Part shown: positions 1 through 11,300 of the stretch, in pieces
Layout: each line of letters starts with the position of its first letter
How positions within the stretch are numbered: position 1 is the stretch's first letter
Origin: Klebsormidium nitens
Taxonomy: Eukaryota; Plantae; Klebsormidiophyceae
DNA: 52,096 bases
Assembly: GCA_000708835.1 (NCBI GenBank)
Contig: DF237466.1
Span: 14,809 to 66,904, forward strand
Reading direction: 5' to 3'
Notes under the pieces: model-generated
The model's database searches: none
The model's input: only the letters and a program-made list of their open reading frames with translations
What the model was told of the DNA's origin: nothing
Translations under genes and position numbers: made by a program

Positions 1-1829
1 CCCGACCACCCCTGCCCCGACCACCCCGGCACCGAATACCCCTGCTCCGACCACTCCCGCCCCGACCACCAAGGCCCCTGTCCCGACCACCAGCGCCCCT
101 GTCCCGACCACGGCGGTCCCCACTATCGCACCGACCACTCCCGCCCCGACCACTAAGGCCCCTGTCCCGACCACTAGCGCCCCTGTCCCGACCACGGCTG
201 CCCCGACTGTCGCACCCACAATGACCCCGGCGCCCACCCCGGTTGCCACGCGCCCGCAGCCCTGCATCAGCAACGGGACGTCCGTGAAGGGGGGTGAGTC
301 ATTGGACGCCTTCCTGCCATCTCGCACGGAAAAGCCGAGTTCGCTCTATGCAATTGAACATCGAAATGAAAACTTGGGGCTTAGGATTCCGGATTGTGTA
401 CGGACGAGCATCTGGCTTCTGTAAGAACCCAGAAAAAGCTCGTCGACTCCGAAAAGTCGACCGGGTTGACAACGGATGCATGTTGCCACTTTCTGCCTAG
501 GACAATGAGCACTCCTGAACTTTATGCTGATGAAGAATCTCTCTTTTTGCAGACCCCCATTTCATCGGCAAGCACGGCGAGAAGTTCGACTTCATGGGCG
601 AGGCGGGCAAGGACTACTGCCTGATCGCGGATAAGCAGATGCACATCAACATGCACGTCTTCGCCGGCCGGAGAGAGGGCACCACTGTGAGTTTTGCCTT
701 CCATTCTTTCATCCAACCAAAAGGAGAATAGGATGTTTTTTTGATTAGGAAGCTCTTTGAAGTTTGTAAGAACTTCGAATTTTGCACATTAGCTTCTCTT
801 CTGGTGCTACCTGGTTTTATTGAGCAGACTCCGTGCTTCTAAGTTCTGCCGTCTGCATTAAGCCACACTTGTTCGTTCGAATTACTTCAGAAGGTGCTCC
901 GTCATGCTCTGTCCACATCCTCCTTCCGCTCCTTTCCGTTCCGTTCCTTCCGTTTCTTAACCGGCTACTTTCTCCGCCGCAGTACATCTCCGAGATCGGC
1001 ATGCTCATCGGCACCGATGAGATCTACGTCGCCGCAAAGTCCGCCGACACCGCCGGGTGGAAGGACTACCAGGGCCAGGTCCTCGTCAACGGGGTCGAGC
1101 TGCCCGCGTCTGACTTCAGCATGACGCTTGCGGACGGCCTCAGCGTTACGCGCACCCGGACGTCCGTGCGGGTGGTCAAGGCGGACTTGCTGGATGTCAC
1201 CCTCGACATCGCGCGCGCGGCGTTCTGGGAGAACGGGCCCGGCCAGAACTTCGTAAGTCTCAAAAGCTGACAATTGTCAAGAGTCCGTTCGTCAGATTTG
1301 TTAATGCCTTCAAGGTACTATTCAGATGCTCTAGCATTTGCCAGCTTTACAACGAGGCTGCCAGCGAATGCTTTTTGCGATCGCGACTTTGCCTCATGAC
1401 ATGCAAGCGACGTTTCCCAAGGTCGTGCGCTAGACCAACTCAGCTTGCATTCCTTGTTTCCCTTGAAACTATTTGACTGTTCCCGTCACCAAACTCTTCA
1501 GGAAGCAAGGACATAGACCGAGAAACAGCTCTCTAACCTTCCGCCCATCCTCTCCGCAGATCAACTTCAAGGTTTCCACGCTCAGCGCGACCCCCAGCGT
1601 GCACGGCGTGCTGGGCCAGACCTACCGGGAGACCGCCAAGACGTACCAGAAGCTGTCCAACGGGCCCGAGTACAAGAAGCTGCGCGCCAACGGGATGCCT
1701 TTCTTCGTGGACGGAGAGGAGGACGACTACCAGACGTCCGGCATCATGGCGGCGGACTGCAAGTTCGCGCGCTTCGCGCTGACGGAGTCCACCGTTTCCG
1801 CCGGCGGCAGGAAGCTATTGGGTTTCTAG
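1..1829 (+). CDS. Root-cap / LEA-related secreted protein with Pro/Thr-rich mucin-like N-terminal region (5' end outside window)
   Basis: Exons <1-293, 553-686, 983-1252, 1560-1829, all GT-AG and in phase. Motifs KG-DPHFIGKHGEKFDFMG, YCLIAD-MHIN, VHGVLGQTYR and GEEDDYQTSGIMAADCKFARF match the plant root-cap (PF06830-type) family as recalled. Confidence 0.85.
2..245 (+). repeat. Coding PTTPA/PTTxAPV tandem repeats with an 84-bp (28-aa) higher-order duplication
   Basis: Frame 2 reads PTTPAPTTPAPNTPA... Units 47-130 and 131-214 encode PTTPAPTTKAPVPTTSAPVPTTA(V/A)PT(I/V)A. Confidence 0.95.
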
Positions 1830-2763
1830 GAACACGGTATTTGTGAGGAGCTCGAATAGCGAATGTAGAACAGTGTAGCGACTAAGTTATGGGAATGGAA
1901 AGCAAACAATTCTTGGTGGGCGGAGTTGCCCTTTCTAGAATTTAGCTCGCGGGACGTAGTCGACAACTCGTCGACGACGATCAAAGCCCAGCCGAAGTTT
2001 TGACGCAAGGAGTTGCATACATTCCGGCAAACAGATTGAAGAGCGAACTTCTGTGCGTTGCTTGAATAGAAGCCAAAGAGGGGGATCTGATTAGCAAAAG
2101 GCCCTTCCTCAGGAACTTACCTTAGCGTTCTTACTTGATCTCCTTAGATCTGTCCAGTCCATCTCGTCCGTAGTCTAACCTAGAAGAACATCATTCTTTC
2201 ACTGACGCTAATTCTATAAGACAGGCAATTGAATACAGGCAATAGAAGCCAGATAGTCAAACAGGCCTTGACGAAGGTTTACCAATCGGAACCCAGCAGC
2301 ACACGGACTGAATGCAATAGATGGCTTTGCGGAGAGTTTATCATGCTTCGTCCACTCGCGGCTTACAGTCATTCTGAAATGGACTCGCATCAATAATCAC
2401 TGAAGTTGATCATCTAGATCAAGATAGTCACGGTTGCCATCGCTACGTCATTCTATGCAGCGAGAAACTTTAAGAAGCACAGTAGCAAGACGCGGTCAAG
2501 GACAAATCCGCTTTGCACACGATTTTAGGCTCTTCGGCCCATGTGCAATGATGTACTAGTTGATCCTTATGCTTAAAAGACTGCTGCAAGCCGCCCGTGT
2601 AATAACCGATTCAATCTAAGTTCAATTCAACTTGAAGGCCCCTACAAGCCTCACTACTCCTACTCCTCAAAGCGGTCGATGACGGGAACTAGTGAAACAC
2701 TTGACCAGTACACACGCGACAGGGGTTTGCAGCATGTTCATGTAGAATGATGAAGGTGAGAAC

Positions 2764-2940
2764 TAGATTCTGCAAATAATTGGCAAGTCTCCAGTGCGGC
2801 TGCCTGTCACAAGTCAGCCGCAAGGATCCCAGTTTGAAGCACCTGGATGAGGCATACCTGGACAACGCGGTGCTCAGGTTGGCAACTTCAATTTGCAAAG
2901 TCGGGCCTTCGATTGGCGCCCCAGCTTTGCACGCAGACAC
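2764..2940. repeat. Dispersed repeat copy 1 (diverged direct copy at 13639-13827)
   Basis: Shared ordered blocks: gcaaat..tggcaag..cagtgcggctgcctgt..ttgaagcacctg..aacgcg.tgctca.gttggcaactt..ttggcgcc..gcacgcagacac. Confidence 0.8.
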
Positions 2941-3713
2941 TGCAGTTCTCTCATGCATGAGATCCGCATGAGATCCGATGTAGTATAGTATAGTATATAT
3001 CATGTATACGATTGCGAGCTTAAGCGAACTCGAAACTCACAACATGTCGCTCTCGCAAAGGATCGATTTTTGACGTCTACGTACAAATTGAGTTCATTGA
3101 GAGCGACAAGACAAAGTTGAGTGAGCGAAGCGAGCTATAAAACGCTTCTGAGAGGCGAAATGTTTCATTTGAAAGGATTGCAAGAACCAAAAGCGGCGGC
3201 CTTGCCTCTGCCAAGCAAGCCCTTCCGAATCAGTACGTTTTAAAACCCGCCCTCCCCCCCGCCCTCAGTATGCTAGCTCCATTCGCCTAATTCAAACATG
3301 AGCAATCCAGATGTTGATATTCCGTCGAAGAGCTGCACCCAACACTCAAACTTCTCTATTTCTGAAGTATTTCGCTGAGATAGTTAAGCTATAATCTGGT
3401 GGGTCGTCATAATTTACAACATCAAGCGAACGATACTTCAAGTTCAGCACTTTACAAACTAAAGTAACGTCCTCCTAAATCCATCAACACGCCTTCTTGC
3501 TGGGTGCAGTCGGTTAAACGCTCTCTAAAGATGTAGAGCGCAAAGCAGCTATGTACGTTTCGAGGCGCCTTGTCACATGGCTAAAGAAAATCCTCAAGTA
3601 ACCAAGCTTGCTTAGCCCCTGGTTAAGCGGTCTACAATCATACAAAAGCTGGTTATGGGGCACCTAGCCAAACATGGTCAAGAGCGACAGCACCCCGTAT
3701 TTGAGCAGAACGT

Positions 3714-6645
3714 TTAGCTACCAAAGTACCAGTTGTGGGAGGGGTCGGCCAGGTGGTCAATCAGGTTGGCGTACGGGCCCTTCCCAGTGTGGAGCGCCTG
3801 GTGCAGGAAGCCTCCGGCCGCAATCATTGCGAGCCGCCCGTTCTTAATCTCCTGCGGCGACGAGCGAGATGGACCGGCCTCAGAATACTCGGGCGTGGGG
3901 TGCAGAAAGCTATTCCAAGCAGCGGTGTTTATAACTCTTACGGTTTCAAATGCAAAATGGCTTGCGGCGGCTTGAAGCAGTCACCAAGGTTCGTGGCGAT
4001 GGCAATGATGGGGAAAAGACGTCCAGCCTTCGAATCCATTAACTTCAGTCTCTCTGTGAGTCTCCAGAACAACGCACGGCCGGCCAGCTCGTACCTCAAG
4101 CAATTGCAGACTAAGACGCGCGAGGTGATCGCAACAGCCTCTGACTCTTCGCAATCCTCATTTGAACGGCGGCTTTGTCAACCCGAAACGTGACGCTCTG
4201 GTAGAACATCGGCACCAGACCAATCTTGCAATTCGAGCAGCCAGTTCACGGGCTTGTTAACACTGAACTCCTGACTGCAGCTTGGGTTAAACGGTGGCAA
4301 ACTCTCCCAGTAACAGAATACGTGCTCACCTTCTCCCTCAGGATTTTGATCTCGTCGGCCGTCACGTCCTCTCCTGTAGTCAGGCCCAGGGGGTCAAACC
4401 CAGGGTAGATACCGACCCCCTCGATGTCATCGTCGTAGCCGTTCTTGGCCTCCCGGAAAAGGCGGGAGAGCTCCACAATGGCGACCAGGTGGAAGAGGCC
4501 GATGCCCAGATAGCTCGTCGGGATCTGACACAAAACACAAGCTGAGGTTAGGCAAAGCTTTGAAAGCTTGATTGGTGTCAGGTCGGGTGCCCAGAACACT
4601 CCACGAGTGTGCTCTTGGGAACAGACAGAACAAAAGCCTATCTGCATACATGTTTAGTGGGAGGCCAACGCTTCTACTGGGCGGAACGGGGTAAAAGCTG
4701 GTCAGCTGCCCTTTACCAATCATCGTTTCAGGGCGCAGATTTTCGGTGACAGGAATGAAACGAGAAGTGAGATAGGGTTAGAGCATACTTTAGACAGGCG
4801 GCATTCTTGTCGTCAGTGCTTTGGTTCGCAGGAAGGAAACAACAAGTTGTATGAATTTCAGTTCAACACAAAAACCCTTCCCTTTGCACAGCTTGATTGC
4901 AGCAGCATCTAGTAAGTAAAATGGAGCATATGCAGGATTTATTTTGGTCACTAGCAACTCAAGCAGACGCTTGGATTAGTAAGCGGTGACGAACTTCTCA
5001 GGCCCACCAAGGTGCAAAGAGATCTTCGAGCGTAAGTAGAAGCGGGTACTAGCGAGAATGAGGGTCCATAAAGACTATTCTAACAAACAACAATCCGTTA
5101 TCAGGACATCCAGGGAAGCAGTCAAACGGAGTTCGACTGGGACGTTTTTAAGAAAAGAAACAGTCTGCTTTCAGCCCAGATCAATACAATGTGCAACGAC
5201 ATAATTGAAATACGTTTCTTGTAGGTTCCGATCGGCGCTTCTGACTTTGGCGCAGAAAGTGGTCGAGCTGTCGTGTGGTCACCAAATTGAGCTCACCGCA
5301 AAAGGAGGAATTGCGAGGATGAAGGAGCTGCCTCCAGCGTCGATGGCCTTGTGCGCGGCAGTGTACCAATCCTCGCGTCCCTGCAGAGAAACGCGCGTCT
5401 TTCTTTAAGAAAAAAGAAAGACCAGAGTATCAAGGACCTGTTCAACCAAGGAAACTCACTGGTGTTCTGGGCTATTCCCTTCTGCAGCAACTGGCAAGGC
5501 AGCAAAGCTGACTTCTAAATCGGCGTCATCAGCTTGATCAACTTCTTGTAGATTGATGTGGCTTCTGAATTGGCAGAATGCGTACAACTGCGAACCAGAG
5601 CTTTGTCTCGGGGGGAGCGAGTTTCGGATGAAGAAGCGTCGTAACCAGCTTCATGCCTCATTCCTGCTACTTACAATCGCCTCTGGCACGAAGGCGCCGA
5701 CGGTAGCCAGCATGGCAAGCCGCCCGTGGAAAACCTCAGCCTCCACAAAGCGGGTTGCGAGACGGGGATCCTCCGCGAGCTTGAGAGGGTCGAATCCACG
5801 GTCACTGCAGGGCAGAACGACAAGTACATGGTGTTCAGTCGTCTGCAGTCAGAGGTTACGACATAAGGCAGAAGCCAATTCAAAGAACCGGACGAATGGA
5901 AAAGAAGAAGATGGGGAACAAGAAGACGGAGCTAGGCTTTCATTGAGGTCTTTGCTGTAAATTTTAAGATGTGGAACTTCATGTGAAGGGGCAAAAGGTT
6001 GCTTGACCAGTCCTAGATCAGTTGCACACAGCATATGAAGCTGATTAACGGTGAAGCAACCGCTTGGCAGCAGGTACAAATCCAGCACTGCCTATTAGAA
6101 AGACTCTGGAAGTGTTTAAAGTTAGGCTCGTATCATACAGAGTTCAGCTGATCGAACCTTCTATTTCAATGTTCTAGACATTCAAGGAAATCGGAGAGGC
6201 ACAGAAACGTGGTCCGAAAGTTGTTGGAGCAGACGGAATTGCGCAAGTGAAGACTTCTAGCGAGCTGTTTAAAGCACTGCCCGGGCAATAACTGGCCCTA
6301 GGGCCCACAAAGCAGTGCATGGGGCACAACGACCAACACTGGAGATCAATCAGTTGCAACGATTTCAGAGCCCACTGTTCATCCAAGAAAGCCTCCGCAA
6401 CACTCCCAAGTGTCACATGCTCACGCGGGCAGGCTGCCGTTCAGGTACGGCGGGGCTTCAACGCCCGGCAGCCACATCGGCCTCTCATCGGTCGTCATTG
6501 ACACGCGGGCGCCCCTCGCAGCATTGGCGTAGACTGCGCCACCCTTTTGCACAAATGAGGTGGACTGCCTGGACCTGCAGATGGTGGCGAGGCCGGACGC
6601 CAGGGCGGGCATCTTGATGGCACAAGCGAGGGTTGACACTGCCAT
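3714..6645 (-). CDS. Chlorophyll a/b-binding light-harvesting protein, divergent paralogue A (255 aa, His at a603 ligand)
   Basis: Exons 6645-6425, 5804-5675, 5380-5297, 4524-4330, 3851-3714, in phase. Transit-like N-terminus, [20 protein letters not shown], helix [13 protein letters not shown], helix [15 protein letters not shown], helix [32 protein letters not shown]. Confidence 0.93.
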
Positions 6646-7387
6646 GTTGAGAGACGACAGCTGGCCGAGCGAGCAAGTGAGGTGGTGTTGGTGGTGAGTT
6701 GTGAAGCTCAGCGGTGCTGCTGCGCAGTCTGCAGCTGAGAGAAGGGAGGGAGAAAACTTTGAGCAGGCGGACTGGGGCCACGCCAGGGTGCTCAATTGAG
6801 CTGCAATCTGTTTTTGCGAGAAGTATGAGAACTTGGGATCGAAATCTAGTGTGGGCGAATTGCTATGCACTGCTAACCATAGCTCACGGTCTTGTGTTCA
6901 TGTGTTGTACTAGTCAGACTAGTAGATAGTATCAGCACTGGCTACGTGACCGTGATCTATATAGATCACTGGTACAGCGATTCGCCCCTCTTCAGGCGAC
7001 TCCGGCAGGTGCAGTGTCATCAAAATCAGTGGCGCTCACACTTTCACACAGCTCACACACAGTGCAGTGGGTCAGCTCTTTTGATCAGCGTCTTGCTGCT
7101 TCGCCCTTTTCAACAGTGTCGGCCGCCATCAAATTCTGAGCTGGCCGCGTGGAAGACCGCAGATAATATTCCTGCCTTAGCTTGAACACGACTGTTGGGG
7201 GCGCTGGGCCCGAGATTTCGCTGTAGTTTGGGCATGTCGGCTGAGCTCGGCTCTCCCAGCCGGCTTTGGATTAGGGCAGATCGGGAGTTTCGGCTTCCCA
7301 TTTGCTAGAAGGTGCTGAGTGTTGCGTGCGGCCAATGATTGCAGGGAACGCCGATCGTATATCCGCCGCGTGTCAATCCTGGCTGGA

Positions 7388-7393
7388 CACGTG
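7388..7393. promoter_or_regulatory. G-box (CACGTG) in the region between the divergent LHC genes
   Basis: acCACGTG-type core in context gACACGTGGgat. G-boxes are common in light-regulated promoters, but a 6-mer can arise by chance. Confidence 0.35.
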
Positions 7394-8342
7394 GGATAAT
7401 GTATCCGAACACAGAATATCGAACCACCCTACGAGGAGTAGGCCGGGACAGCTCGGACGGCGGCAACCGGGCCTAATTTTGGGTAGGACGGATCTGCATG
7501 GTGGAAGCAAACCGGGAGTTATGTCCTCTATAATTAGCGCCGTACAACAAAGTTTGACGGATGCGGCAGGGTCAATGCAATCCTAGCCGTGTATCCGCCA
7601 AGGACGTGGGAAGGTTCTTGGCTGGCGTTCAACCGAGATTTCGTCTTATCCAAGAGGACCACTACTCGGCTTCCTTTTGACACATGGGACAGACAAATAT
7701 CCCAGTTTGTGGCTGCCGGGGGCGGCTGTTTGGAGCAGGTATTCTCTGCGTAATAAATTTAACAATTAATACACATTTTTGCATTGTCAGAGTCGGCCGT
7801 AAGTTCCCTCGCTTGGAAGCTTCGACTCGTGTGACGACTTCCGCTTTTCTCAAGAAAAGTGTTTTCCACGACAACAACCACACTCAGCGAAAAGCTACTG
7901 TATGTCGCACAGAAGCTCAAAAGTGCACCGTGCACAATACTTTCCCAGTCGCACTCGACTGGACATCTCATAATATAATGTACTGGTATCTATCTTGAGC
8001 ACTATTCTCGACATTGTGATTGGCAGAGTCCGAGTTACATCACCCCGAGTACGTCGCCCCGAGCTGGGCAGTACTGCACTAACCTCCTTTCCTGCGGCTG
8101 GCGGCAGCGCGCCTCCGGTTTAGGTCCGTTTTCGAGTAATTCAGCTCCCGGTTAGCTTTGCAGGTTTGGCTCACAAACGCAAATTTTGCGCCGTTTCTAC
8201 AAACTTTGACTGTGCAAGCGCTCAGAGCTGACAGATTTCCAAGTTGCTTGTAGTAGCTGCCACTTGCAACCCGCTTTCAGCAGCTGCACTGCTCCCTTCC
8301 GGTTCAGCCCGTTTATACCGCCGCCCCACAGCGCCACCAATC

Positions 8343-11300
8343 ATGGCGGCAAGCAGCGCCCGCGCAATTCCCATCAGCGGCGTCATGATCACCCGGGGAG
8401 CAGGCTCTGCTGTGGTGAACCAGCCCCAACTGAGGTGAGAGTACTGGGGCGTTTTTGTGAAACTGATTTTGTGAAACTCTTAGGGCTGACCGGCCAGTCA
8501 TGAGTGACGTCATTGCATCATTGAACACGGGGCACGCCTGTTTTGCTGTACTGCTCGAACTTCTTGACCCGTGCAGTCTGCTTGATCAGGAAAGTGGCAG
8601 CTAGCACCGGCGTCTCCGGCCGTGGTATTCTGCAGCTGGCCGTGCGCAGTGTATCACTATATGAATCAGCTCATGAGCGACTTTTATCCAGCTCAGTTTC
8701 ACTCATTCGACCAGAATTGCGCTCCCAAGTAGAGTGCTGATCCATCTCCAAAACTTGAGAATGGGCCTGCTTCGGAGTTAAGAATGTCCTAGCAGCTGTC
8801 AAGCTTGCTTTACTGGTAGGCTACTAGTCGTCCTTCTCAATGTGTCAAAACTTTTGAAGCAACAGTACATGGAACCGCCCTTTTTTAAGCTCTCCATTCT
8901 GGCGTGCCAGCCACACCTCGACATTCCAGTTCCTACCAGACTTTTCGGGCTGATCGTTTGCTGAAGGGTCAATGTGTCGAATACAGTACGATTCGGGTGC
9001 AAAGCTACCAGCCAGCTGGCCGAGTATTGGTCATGCAATCGCATTTCTCTGTCAAGAAGTTTTTCACGCTTCTCAAGCTGAATCTTCACAACTTTGCAGG
9101 ACTGCGCTAGCCGGGTGCCGCCTTGCCCCCCAATCCTGCGTGTCCACCGGCCGCATCCGCATGACCGCAGGGGGCTCCAAGACCGCGAGCGGCGTCAGAA
9201 AGACTGTGGGCTCGAGGCGCAAGATCGCCGCTGAAAACGCCGACGCCGTCTGGATCCCAGGCTTTGAGCGCCCCGCCCATCTTGATGGCTTTCTTCCTGG
9301 GTGCGTTCAGACACGTTTCTTTGTCTCTGTTTTGTTGTTCCTCGTCTCTTGTTTCTCGTCTCTTGTTTCTTGTTCCCTGGTCTGTTTCTCACACTATCTT
9401 GTTTAAATAAGCGGTTTTCCCCCTCCTAGTGTTAGGTGTTGCAATACTGAGGATCAGTTTGTCATCACACTGTGGACACAAAAGACTCAAGTGCGCTGGC
9501 CTCCGGAAAGTAGCCTTTGCTGAAAGCACGAAACTCGCTTTTGAGTCTCAAGTACAGCGAATTCTGGAGAAACTACTCACCAGAATGATGAGGCATGCCC
9601 TTGACATACCTGCTGGGGAAATGGATTCAGGCAACGTTCACTGAACTCTAAAGTTCAACAGTCATACACGAACAAACGATCTTACACGTACAAAGATCTG
9701 CTTAAACTCTCGCCTCAATTCCAATTGCTACCCTTCAGAACCATCCATGCCAGCTTTTCACCTCTTTGTCAAGAACCCTCATGGTCTGCAGACACTTTCC
9801 GAACCTTCGGTGTCCAGCTATATACCCTAACAGCGGCTAACCCGCAATTGCATTTCGGCCATGGCACTCTAGGCTTCGTCCCCCATGTACTAACAAAAAC
9901 CTCGTGGGCCTTGTCACTGAACGAAGACTCCGTCCCCTTACAACGAACATATTCTGCCGCTCGTGTCCTGCAGCGACCGCGGCTTTGACCCCCTGAACAT
10001 TGCGGTGGAGGAGGGCGTCCGCAACCGGGTCATCGAGGGGGAGGTCCTCAACGGCCGGTGGGCGATGCTGGCATGCCTGGGGGCGCTTGTCCCCGACCTC
10101 CTGGGGAAGGGCAACTTCGGCGACCTTGCCAGGTCCAGCGCCTGGCTTGGAGGGCCAGTTCTTGGCCTGGAGCCTGTCGGGGTGACTTGCCTATGCCCCT
10201 TTACTTGCCTATGCCCCTTCGCTTGCCTATGCCCCTTCACTTGCCTATGCCCCTTTACTTGCCTATGCCCCTTCACTTGCCTATGCCCCTTCACTTGCCT
10301 ACGCCCCTTCATTCGCGTTTTGTTTCTGACTGCGGTGCAGAAAAGTGCACGTGCTTCGCATTCCCCTCCGTTCTCATTCTGGTCGACGGGAAGTCGCTGG
10401 ACGTTCCCTGGGAAGGAGAGTCGTCGTCTCTTCTCACTTCTGATTCTGCGCCCATGCTAGGGCACGCATAGGCGAACACGTGCTGTCTCTTTCATCTCTG
10501 TTCAATCGGGAGTCGGTTGACCTCCCTGCTTGTGGCTATGGTGATCAAACAGACCGTCTGTACCGCGACGTTAGGACGTTCATCTTCTTTGTCTGGAATT
10601 CTGAAAACAGCGTGGCCTCAATCCGGTATTCTGGGTTTTTGCTCCGGATCGGGGTTCTTTTTCAGACCAAATTGATTCTGAATAGAGCAATTAATACCTG
10701 GGTTCGAAACAACGGAGACTAATCTTTCAAGACCAGGTCGCTCTAGCAGATCGTGGTCATGACGTAGCCGTTTATAGTGCTCCTTCCTGAGAGACACGGA
10801 GCTTTCGGACAGAATTTCTGCAGTTTCTCCGTGTCTCTCAATCTTGCAGTATACCTCCTGATGTCTCCTCCGAAAGCGAACGAGCTGACATCAAAGGACG
10901 CAATCTAATCAGATACGCAAGCGATATCCGCAGAGGCGATACACTGACTGCAGCACACAGAACCCGCCGGCAACCTTTAAACCTTGATTCCGTTTCTGCC
11001 CCGCAGATTCCCACCAGCGGCCTCGGGCTCGCCTTCCTCCTGGTGATCGGCGCGTGCGAGTGCATCCGGCTGAATGCTGAGGTCAGGATCGGCTACGAGA
11101 GCTACGATGACGTCAGCAGCTTCGTGTACCCGGGCTTCGACCCGCTGGGCTTCCTGGAGGACAAGACTGAGGAGGAGGTCAACGAGCTGCGGACCAAGGT
11201 GAGGCTCGGAAACACAGGAGATTTTGGCACTTAACCATGGATGGTTAGGGGCTGTTTATAGCTGGTCAGAGACTGCTTATATGTCCAGCAACCAGACTTG

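Noticed and set aside
2982-3003. (TAGTA)n/(TA)n microsatellite
   Set aside because: Too short to be informative.
9938-10312. ORF with (VKGHRQ)n repeats
   Set aside because: It is the antisense translation of the intronic 18-bp minisatellite; an 18-bp period keeps frames open.
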